This document shows, piece after piece, positions 40,282 through 48,489 of a stretch of 64,000 nucleotides of DNA. The position numbers and the translations under genes were made by a program. The notes under the pieces were generated by a model. The model made no database searches. It saw only the letters and a program-made list of their open reading frames with translations, and was not told the DNA's origin. Origin of the DNA: an uncultured Verrucomicrobiae bacterium (GTDB lineage Bacteria; Verrucomicrobiota; Verrucomicrobiia; Chthoniobacterales; Chthoniobacteraceae); NCBI GenBank assembly GCA_963836755.1, contig CAWIKF010000001.1, positions 576,001-640,000 of the forward strand, in the 5' to 3' direction. Positions within the stretch are counted from its first letter, which is position 1. Each line of letters starts with the position of its first letter.

Positions 40282-40392
40282 ATAAGAGCCGTCCGTCTCA
40301 TCCCAAAAAATCCGTGTCCCATCCGTGGCTGAACCAAATGGAACCCGCACGAATCTCCTTCCCAATGCACCCGGAAACGTCACTCTCCCCAA

Positions 40393-41184
40393 ATGCCTGA
40401 AAACACACCCGCCACCCCAGCCGCTCCCGCCCCGAAAAAACACAAAACCCCCGGCCCCATCGACAGCGGCCTCGTCGCGCAGCTGCGCCTCGACCAGGGG
40501 ATCATCGACTCTGCGCACGACGAGATGAGCACCGACCCCACATTCGTCACCGCCCTCAGCACCCATTTTCTCGACCGCGAAAACACCATCGCCATCACCC
40601 CCGCCAGCCTCGCCACACTTTCCACACAGGCCGGCTCCGCCCTCGCCGCATCCGGCGCGATCACCGCCGCGCAAGCCGCTCTCGACAACGTCACCGACGA
40701 CGAAGGCAACGACGCGAAAACCGCCATCGCCGCCATCCGCGCCGTGCAAGGCGCAGCGAAGGAAAAATACGAAGAAAGCGCCCCCGCGCGGCTCGGCGCC
40801 TACTTCATCGGCCACCGCCTCCACTCCCGCGACGATATCAGCACGGCCGGCACCGCCGCCTACCAGCAATTGCGCACCACCGATGCGAGCGGCAACCCCG
40901 TCACCCCGCAGGACACGCTGCCCGGTTTCACACAACCGCGCATCGATCAGCTCAAGATCGACCTCGGCAGCTACCTCACCATCGAGACCGAGCAAAGCGG
41001 CGCGCAAAAAGATACGACCGATGCGCGCAACGCCTTCGCGAATGACTGCGCGCAAGTCAGCCGCCGCCGCCGCAAACTGCAACTCGCCGTAGATGTCGAG
41101 CGTCCCTACAGCAACCCCGCGAACACCATGTTGCCCGCCTTAACTCATGGTTTTGTCCAAAGGCATCTGGAGGCGGCGGCGTAG
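40393..41184 (+). CDS. Hypothetical Ala/Thr-rich alpha-helical protein, 3' end possibly replaced
   Basis: 263-aa ORF with strong C-ending codon bias to about 41128, then an abrupt switch to AT-richer sequence. Confidence 0.7.
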   Translation: MPENTPATPAAPAPKKHKTPGPIDSGLVAQLRLDQGIIDSAHDEMSTDPTFVTALSTHFLDRENTIAITPASLATLSTQAGSALAASGAITAAQAALDNVTDDEGNDAKTAIAAIRAVQGAAKEKYEESAPARLGAYFIGHRLHSRDDISTAGTAAYQQLRTTDASGNPVTPQDTLPGFTQPRIDQLKIDLGSYLTIETEQSGAQKDTTDARNAFANDCAQVSRRRRKLQLAVDVERPYSNPANTMLPALTHGFVQRHLEAAA

Positions 41185-41592
41185 CGTTATATGCATTTGA
41201 GGACCAATTGTCCTTAAGGCCTATTCCCACGCTTTACAATGTTTAACTTCACACGAGCAGGCCTTAGCTTAGAGAAGGCTGCAAAGATGGCGGCAGCCGG
41301 GGACGAACGCATGACAGCACACCTCGGGAAGGCGGAGCGCATATCTTGAAGTCACGTTTCACGTTTCAGGAGACACTAGCGACGATCTCCTTGTATGAGC
41401 GCGTGCTAGCGGCCGCGCAGAATCTGACTGGCACGATTCCGATTAGGCAGAATTGCGAAGAGATGAAGATGCGTCTGCAAGAATACAGCTCGCAATGGAC
41501 ACAATAAACCTAGCTATCTGGCTGCTCTCCATTGTTATGATCGCCCGTTGGCTACTATCTTTGCCATTGTCGACAAATCCTAGCTCAAGATT

Positions 41593-41883
41593 ATGACTCC
41601 ACGAAACAATCCGGAATTTAAGGTAATCGTCGCTCACTGCGAGGTCTTCCAATTCGCCTGCAACCAAAATTGGGATTTGATGAGACCCATCACAGAAAGA
41701 ATTCGTGTGTGCGAGGAGTGCTCTGAGCGAGTTTATTTTTGCCGCAATGAGACAGAGTTTCGGAAGCACGCTTCCCAGGGCGAGTGTGTTGCTATTGAGA
41801 TCGTTTCTGATGGGCCATCTGTGTCCGAAACAGCGAAGCGCAGAATTCTTGCCGGAATTCCCATCCTACCGAAGTTCGATTGA
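41593..41883 (+). CDS. Small Cys-rich hypothetical protein
   Basis: FACNQNWDLM...RVCEECSERVYFC...HASQGECVA; inside AT-richer island. Confidence 0.6.
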   Translation: MTPRNNPEFKVIVAHCEVFQFACNQNWDLMRPITERIRVCEECSERVYFCRNETEFRKHASQGECVAIEIVSDGPSVSETAKRRILAGIPILPKFD

Positions 41884-41890
41884 TACAATC

Positions 41891-42109
41891 ATGCCTCCCA
41901 AACGCCGATTAACCCGCAAGAACCTTCCTTACATTGCCGATGCTTTTTCGCAGGCGCTCTCGGCCATTAAGGAGCTTGACCATGCCATGTATTTCTATGC
42001 TTCAGAGGATCACCCCATGCGTTTACGAGTTGGGGATCTCTACCGCCGCATTGAGACCCTGCATGCCGAATTCGCAGAAGCTGTCAAACGTAAGGAACAA
42101 CACTTATGA
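41891..42109 (+). CDS. Small hypothetical protein (72 aa), putative cassette gene
   Basis: ATG at 41891; stop lies just upstream of an attC-like site. Confidence 0.5.
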   Translation: MPPKRRLTRKNLPYIADAFSQALSAIKELDHAMYFYASEDHPMRLRVGDLYRRIETLHAEFAEAVKRKEQHL

Positions 42110-42122
42110 ATCACAACAACGG

Positions 42123-42182
42123 GCCTAGCCCTGCGATGCAGCTAACAGGCTCTGCTTGTAGCTAATCTTGTTCTCGTTAGGC
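42123..42182 (+). mobile_element. attC-like integron recombination site
   Basis: R'' GCCTAGC (one change from RYYYAAC), inner hairpin AGCTAACAGGC/GCTTGTAGCT, R' GTTAGGC; 60 bp; next ATG 14 nt later. Confidence 0.7.
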
Positions 42183-42196
42183 GCTTTCCACGCACC

Positions 42197-42607
42197 ATGA
42201 GATTCGTTGTGTTAGCCGCGACTTTCTCGCTCCTTCCGGTGATTGCGTTCGCTCAATTCGGAGTCGAGGATACTCGCAATCTCGGCTTTGGATTCCGGTA
42301 TGAGACGCATGCAGAACCAACCAACTCTTCGTTCGAGAGCATCACACATCAGGCTTATCTATACTATGGTGATCGCAAGCTTTGCAATGTCGGCGAGTAT
42401 TCCATCGCTCCTAGCGGTAGATTCGCAATCTATCAAGATGGCCCTTCGGGAACGCTCTTTCTATTTCGTCGCGCTGACGGCAAGATATTCCAGCTTACTC
42501 CTAAGTCCATCGGATTTCCCGAGACGTTTGTATGGCACGAGCGAGTCCACACCGTTGAGGTTCATCTCGAACACATCAAGACCCCGGCGATATTCCAATT
42601 ACCATGA
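42197..42607 (+). CDS. Exported hypothetical protein, putative gene cassette
   Basis: Signal peptide MRFVVLAATFSLLPVIAFA; flanked by attC-like sites. Confidence 0.65.
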   Translation: MRFVVLAATFSLLPVIAFAQFGVEDTRNLGFGFRYETHAEPTNSSFESITHQAYLYYGDRKLCNVGEYSIAPSGRFAIYQDGPSGTLFLFRRADGKIFQLTPKSIGFPETFVWHERVHTVEVHLEHIKTPAIFQLP

Positions 42608-42715
42608 CAAGATGCGCTGCAGCGAACCGGTCCGCACGTCACCTGCTTCGGCCGCCGCCTTTCCACCATTCATTGGCAGGAGCTCCCTCGTAGCTGACCT
42701 TAATTTACATTAGAC
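42602..42715 (+). mobile_element. Degenerate attC-like site
   Basis: ...GCGCTGCAGCGAACC...GTAGCTGACCTT...ATTAGAC parallels the first site; R' is mutated (ATTAGAC); GTG start 2 nt later. Confidence 0.5.
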
Positions 42716-42717
42716 CC

Positions 42718-43191
42718 GTGAAGAAGCTGCTCCTACAGATCGCTGTTTACTTGAGCTTCTTTAGCTTTACTGCTTCTGGGCAAGATTATCTCAAGCGATA
42801 CGATAAGCCGCTAACCTATAAGCAGGCTATCAAAGAGAAGGACATCGATTTTCCTCTCCCTGCATCGAGCCATGATATCTACTATGCGATGTATGGCGAT
42901 TGGCAGGCTTACACGCGGCTGGTGCGTTTTGAGGCGCCGGTGGCGGATTGCGTGAAGCAGGTCGATGCGGTAATTGCGTGGGACGATAAGCTCTACAAAC
43001 GGACTTCCGCATATCATCGCTTCAAAGTCACCCACGTTGATGCGCCTGGCGCTGGATATCTGGATCCGACACCTTGGATTACTCCGGGGACAATCAAACG
43101 TGGATTGTATGCCGGCAAGGAGTCGAGCCACACTCCTGAGATCTGGATCGATCTCGACAGAGGTATCTTTTACTTCAAGGAGTGTGATTAA
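42718..43191 (+). CDS. Exported hypothetical protein, putative gene cassette
   Basis: GTG start, signal peptide KKLLLQIAVYLSFFSFTASG. Confidence 0.65.
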   Translation: MKKLLLQIAVYLSFFSFTASGQDYLKRYDKPLTYKQAIKEKDIDFPLPASSHDIYYAMYGDWQAYTRLVRFEAPVADCVKQVDAVIAWDDKLYKRTSAYHRFKVTHVDAPGAGYLDPTPWITPGTIKRGLYAGKESSHTPEIWIDLDRGIFYFKECD

Positions 43192-43215
43192 ACTTCTGTC
43201 CGCTCCTTTGCAGAG

Positions 43216-44724
43216 CTAGCGCGGTTGTAAGACGACGAAGGAGCGGGTTTTGCCGCGGCAGATGAAGAGGATTTGCTTCGTGCCGGGCGCGAGCGATTGC
43301 ACGATGCGGTTGTAATCTGCCACGGACGTCACCGGCTGGCGCGCGATTTCCTCGATGACGTCGCCTTGCTGCAGCGATTCGGCGGCGGGGGAATTGGGGT
43401 CAATTTCCATGACCATCACCCCGTGCGCATTTGACGGCAGGTCGTTCTCGTGGTCAGGCGGGATTTCGCCCACGTGCAAGCCGGCGAAAACACTTTGCGC
43501 ATCGGCATTCGGCGGCGATGGCGGCGGCGGAGCGGGGAGTGTCGAGGAGGGCGGAGTCGCGGGCGACGAAAGCTGCGGCTGCTGGCGGACTTGCAGGTTT
43601 TGCGGTTGCTCGGCGATCGTGGCGCTGACGGTCTGCTCCGCGCCCGCGCGCAAGAAAGTCACATCAGCTTTGCTGCCGATCGGCACCGCGGCGACGCGCG
43701 CCCGCAGCTCCTGCACGTCGGCGACGGGATGGCCGTTGAGTTTCGTGATGACGTCGCCGCTGGTGATGCCGGCTTTTTCCGCGGGCGAATCGGCGGTGAC
43801 TTGCGCGACGAGCGCGCCCTGGTCGGACGCGAGGCCGAGCTGCTGCGCGAGGTCGGGCGTGAGCGGCTGGATCACGACACCGAGGTAGCCGTGGATGACG
43901 CGGCCGTTTTTCAAGATGCTCTCGAGCGTGCGCTTCGCCACGTTCGCCGGAATCGCGAAGCCGACGCCCTGCCAGCCGCCGGAGCCGGAATAAATGGAGG
44001 AATTGATGCCGATGATTTCGCCGCGCAGGTTCACGAGCGGGCCGCCGGAGTTGCCGGGATTGATCGCCGCGTCGGTCTGGAAAAATTCATTCGCGCTGCC
44101 TTGCATGGTGCGCCGGCCTTTCGCGCTGATGATTCCCTGCGTGACAGTTTCCTCGAGCCCGAACGGATTGCCGACGGCGATCACGCGCGAGCCGACGCGC
44201 ACTTTGTCGGAATCGCCGATCGGCAGCGGCGTGAAGCCGGCGCCCTCGACTTTCAAGACGGCGATGTCGGTATCGGGATCGGCGCCGATGATCTGCGCGG
44301 GCAATTCCTTCCCGTCGCTGAATTGCACGGTCACGGCGTCCACGTCGGCGACGACGTGGTGATTCGTCAAAATGTGGCCTTCCTTTGAAACGATGACTCC
44401 GGAGCCGAGCGACCGCTGCTCGCGCTGCTGCGGAATGCCGCGGAGGCGCCGGTTGAAGAACATGTCGAACGGGTCGATCACGTAGCCCGACGTGACGTGC
44501 TTCGACGCCGTGATGCTGACGACCGACGGGACAACCGCATCGACGAGCTTCGTGTATTCCTCCTCCATCGCCGCGAGAACTTTGACGTCATTGAGATCAA
44601 TTTTGTCGGCGGCGGCCGGCGTGAATTTTTCCGGCTGATGCACGAGCGCGTGCTTTTGATTCCACTGGAAAAGCGCGAGCACGCAGAGCGCGACGAGGAT
44701 GACAAAGATGAGGAAGCGTTTCAT
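43216..44724 (-). CDS. HtrA/DegP (Do) family serine protease with two PDZ domains
   Basis: LTNHHVV, DIAVLK, TDAAINPGNSGGPL, PDZ motifs. Confidence 0.93.
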   Translation of the reverse strand: MKRFLIFVILVALCVLALFQWNQKHALVHQPEKFTPAAADKIDLNDVKVLAAMEEEYTKLVDAVVPSVVSITASKHVTSGYVIDPFDMFFNRRLRGIPQQREQRSLGSGVIVSKEGHILTNHHVVADVDAVTVQFSDGKELPAQIIGADPDTDIAVLKVEGAGFTPLPIGDSDKVRVGSRVIAVGNPFGLEETVTQGIISAKGRRTMQGSANEFFQTDAAINPGNSGGPLVNLRGEIIGINSSIYSGSGGWQGVGFAIPANVAKRTLESILKNGRVIHGYLGVVIQPLTPDLAQQLGLASDQGALVAQVTADSPAEKAGITSGDVITKLNGHPVADVQELRARVAAVPIGSKADVTFLRAGAEQTVSATIAEQPQNLQVRQQPQLSSPATPPSSTLPAPPPPSPPNADAQSVFAGLHVGEIPPDHENDLPSNAHGVMVMEIDPNSPAAESLQQGDVIEEIARQPVTSVADYNRIVQSLAPGTKQILFICRGKTRSFVVLQPR

Positions 44725-46801
44725 TCAGCTGATTTGCGCGAGCATAAGTTTTTTCTGTTCCGACAATTAAATCGCGGAAGCGTTGGTTTTCGGCGCGATT
44801 TAAATTTGGATCGTCGGCGTAGATCCGCAGCGCCGCCTGCCGCGCGAGCTGCATCAAATCTTGATCGGCGGTGAGGCTGCCGAGCTTGAGCGGCGGCAAT
44901 CCGCTCTGCGCCGTGCCGAGGATGTCGCCCGGCCCGCGCAGCCGCAAATCGGCTTCCGCGATTTTGAAACCATCCGCCGTCTCCTCCAGCGTCCGCAATT
45001 TTTCCACGGCCTCCGCGTTCGCCGCGTCGCTGAGCAAAATGCAATACGACTTGTGCGCGCCGCGCCCGATCCGCCCGCGCAACTGGTGCAACTGCGCGAG
45101 CCCGAAGCGCTCCGCGTTTTCCACGAGCATCAGGTTCGCGTTCGGCACATCGATGCCAACTTCGATCACCGTGGTCGCGATGAGCGCCTTCGTCTCGCCG
45201 CGCCGGAAGCGTTCCATGATCGCCTCTTTTTCCGCCGGCTCGATGCGCCCGTGCAAAAGCTCGCACGGCATCGGCGCGAGCAGCGTGCGCCATTTTTCAA
45301 ACTCGACTGCCGCCGCCTTCGCATCGAGCTTCGCCGACTCGTCGATCAATGGGTAAACGATGTAACACTGCCGTCCCGCGTCGAGCTGCTGCCGGAGAAA
45401 TTTCAACGCATCCGGCAGCTTCGCCGTGTCGCGCACCGCGGTGATGATTTTGCCGCGGCCCGCCGGCATTTCGTCGAGCGTCGAGACATCGAGGTCGCCG
45501 TAAAAAGTCATCGTCAGCGTGCGCGGAATCGGCGTCGCCGTCATCACGAGCACGTCCGGCGCGGCGGCCTGCTCGAGCAAACGCGCGCGCTGCATCACAC
45601 CGAATTTGTGCTGCTCGTCGATCACCGCGAGGCCGAGTCGCGAAAATTTGACGCCCTCGTAAAGCAGCGCATGCGTGCCGATCATGATCTGTGGCTCTCC
45701 GCCGGCCGGCGCGCCATCGAAAAGCGGCAGCGCCGTTTCCTCCTGTCGCGCGCCGGTGCGAAGGGCGACGTTCACGCCGAGCGGCCGCAGCCAGCGGCAA
45801 AAGTTTAAATAATGTTGCTCCGCCAAAATTTGCGTCGGCGCCATCAACGCCGCTTGGAATCCCGCTTCCACCGCGCAAAGCATCGCGGCCAGCGCGACCA
45901 CCGTTTTGCCCGAGCCGACGTCGCCGTGCAGCAAACGGTTCATCGGATGCGGCGCCAAAAGATCGGCGCGAATTTCCCCGATGACGCGCTCCTGCGCGGA
46001 AGTGAGCGCAAACGGCAGCAGCTTCAGAAACTTTGACGCCAGTTCGCCACTGCCCGCATGCGACTCGCCGCGACGCGCGCGATTTTCCGCGCGCTTCGAG
46101 CCGACAAAAAGTTGCATCGCAAAAAATTCCGCGAGCACGAGATGAAGTCGCGCGCGTGCGCGCAGCTCCTCGCTTTCCGGAAAATGAATTTGCTGCAACG
46201 CCTCGCGAAGCGGCATGGAATCAAGCTCCGCAGGCAGCCTCTCCAAAAAGTTTGCGCCACGCGTTGCATCGAGCACGCGAAAAATCGTTTCGCGCAAAGC
46301 CCGCTGAGTCAGCCCTTCCGTCGCGCGATAAATCGGCGTGATCCGCTTGAGGTGAATCGAAACGTCCTCGTCATTTTCCACGATTTCAAACTCCGGATGA
46401 TCGATGCACATTTTTTTCCCGCGCAATTTCGGCCGGCCGAAAACGACAAGCCGCTGCCCGGTCGCGATCATTTTTTGCACGAAGTGCGCATTGAACCAGC
46501 GGCACACCAGCGGCTCGCTGAGCGCGTGCGCTGCCTCTTCCTCGAGCGTGATCTCAAAAAGTTTCTTCCAGCCCGGAAGCCGCTTCACTGCTGTCTTCGC
46601 GACGATTCCGCAGACGCAGACCGGCGTCTCACTTTCCTGCTGCGGAAAGTGATCGAACCGCGTGCGATCCTCGTATCGGCGCGGGAAATGCGTGAGCAAA
46701 TCTTCAACGGTCGCGAGGCCGAAACGCTCGAGCTGCCGCGCGCGCTGCGGCGGAATCCATTCGATTTCCCTGAGCGGAGTTTCGAGCTGCGGCGCAGTCA
46801 T
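44725..46801 (-). CDS. recG: ATP-dependent DNA helicase RecG (apparent +1 frameshift near the 3' end; as read, runs to 44597)
   Basis: GDVGSGKT, DEQH, MTATPIPRT, QLHQLRGRIGR, DLRLRGPG; ATG overlaps recJ stop. Confidence 0.92.
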
Positions 46802-48489
46802 CCCGCCGCCGCGGCGCGCACCGCCTTGATTTCGAGCTGCGTCGAGACGCGGCCTTCCCACTCGTTTCGAGCCACTTGGAACGCGACATCCCACGGCGGC
46901 GGCGGCAGCTCCATTTCCGCTGCGTTGAAAAAAATCGCCGGATGCGTGCGGCCGTTTTGACGAAGCACGAGACGAAGATGCTTTTCCTTCAGGATGCGCG
47001 AATCGGCAAATTTCACATCGCGCGCGAAGAACACCGGCTGCGCATTGCCGATGCCGAAAGGCTGAAGCGAATCATGGCCGTCGAGAAAGGCGAGATCGAG
47101 TTCGCCGAGCGAGATTTCGCCATCGACGCGGAGGCGCGGCTGCAATTGTTCATCGGTCAAAAACTCGCGCGCGCAGCGCAAAAAGGCGCGTTGAAAATCC
47201 GCGAACCGTTCCTCGCGAATCGTGAGGCCGGCGGCCATTTCGTGCCCGCCAAACTTTTCGAGAAACTCCGCGCATTCACTGAGCGCCTTGACCAGCGAAA
47301 GCCCATCAATGCTGCGTCCGCTGCCTTTTCCAAGTCCGCTTTCATCAAAGCCAATCACGAGCGCCGGCCGATGATTGGCGCGGGCGAGACGCGACGCGAC
47401 GATGCCGAGAACGCCTGGATGCCAGCCGCTCTCGCCGACGATGATTGCGGCGTCGCGCGAGGCGGAAAACTGCGCGACAACTTTTTCTTCCGCTTGTTTA
47501 ACGATCTTTTTTTCGACCTCCTGCCGTTCGCGATTCTGCGCATCGAGACTCGCGGCAATTTCGCGCGCGCGCGCCGCGTCATCCGTGAGTAAAAGTTCGA
47601 GCGCCTGCTCCGCACTCGCGAGCCGGCCGGCGGCGTTGATGCGTGGGCCGAGCTTGAATCCAACATCGCCCGCGCTCACCGGCGCGCGAACGCCGGCAAC
47701 CTCGACGAGCGCTCGGATGCCGGGCCAACGAGTGCGGGTGATTTGTCGCAGGCCACGCTGCACGAGGATTCGATTTTCGCCGATGAGCGGCACGATGTCC
47801 GCGACCGTGCCGAGCGCGACAAGATCGAGATAATCGCGCAGATCAAAATCCGCGAGCGGTCGCGTTTTCAGCAGCGCGTGGCACGCCTTGAAGACGATGC
47901 CGACGCTGCAGAGATGGTGAAAATCTTCGCCCAGCTTTGGGTTCACGAGCGCCACGCACTCCGGCAGGCTGCCCTTGCATTCATGGTGATCGAAAACGAT
48001 CGCGTCCACGCCCTGCTCGCGCAGCTGCGCGATCTCCGCCGCCGAGCAGGTGCCGCAGTCGAGTGCGAGGAGCAGCTGGGGTCTGCAACTTTTTAAACAA
48101 CGGCTGATTCCTTCCGCGCTCAAGCCGTAGCCTTCATCCATGCGCATCGGCAAAAAAGTTTGCGGCTGCGCGCCGAACGCCCGCAGCACGCGCGCGAAAA
48201 GCGCGAGCGACGTGACGCCGTCCACATCGTAGTCGCCGTAAAGGACGATCCGTTCGCCGCGGTCGATCGCGATGAGGATGCGATCGATCGCCTCGCGCAT
48301 GTGCGGCAGCAAAAACGGATCGCGCAAAGTTTTCAGCCGCGGAAACAAAAATTCGCGCGCTTCCGCGGCACTCGTGAAGCCGCGCCGGCAAAGGTGCGCC
48401 GCGAGAAATGGCGCGAGCGAAAGTTCCTCGCAAAGCGCGCGCGACAGCGCCGCATCGGCCGGCTCGGGAAAAATCCAGCGCACGCTCAC
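46798..48489 (-). CDS. recJ: Single-stranded-DNA exonuclease RecJ
   Basis: YGDYDVDG, DHH, GTVADIVPL, PRINAAGR, GGHEMAAG; GTG start overlaps upstream stop. Confidence 0.95.
   Translation of the reverse strand: MSVRWIFPEPADAALSRALCEELSLAPFLAAHLCRRGFTSAAEAREFLFPRLKTLRDPFLLPHMREAIDRILIAIDRGERIVLYGDYDVDGVTSLALFARVLRAFGAQPQTFLPMRMDEGYGLSAEGISRCLKSCRPQLLLALDCGTCSAAEIAQLREQGVDAIVFDHHECKGSLPECVALVNPKLGEDFHHLCSVGIVFKACHALLKTRPLADFDLRDYLDLVALGTVADIVPLIGENRILVQRGLRQITRTRWPGIRALVEVAGVRAPVSAGDVGFKLGPRINAAGRLASAEQALELLLTDDAARAREIAASLDAQNRERQEVEKKIVKQAEEKVVAQFSASRDAAIIVGESGWHPGVLGIVASRLARANHRPALVIGFDESGLGKGSGRSIDGLSLVKALSECAEFLEKFGGHEMAAGLTIREERFADFQRAFLRCAREFLTDEQLQPRLRVDGEISLGELDLAFLDGHDSLQPFGIGNAQPVFFARDVKFADSRILKEKHLRLVLRQNGRTHPAIFFNAAEMELPPPPWDVAFQVARNEWEGRVSTQLEIKAVRAAAAG

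Noticed and set aside
39955..41082. 375-aa minus-strand ORF
   Set aside because: Antisense shadow of 40393..41184 running through the repeats; codon bias supports the plus strand
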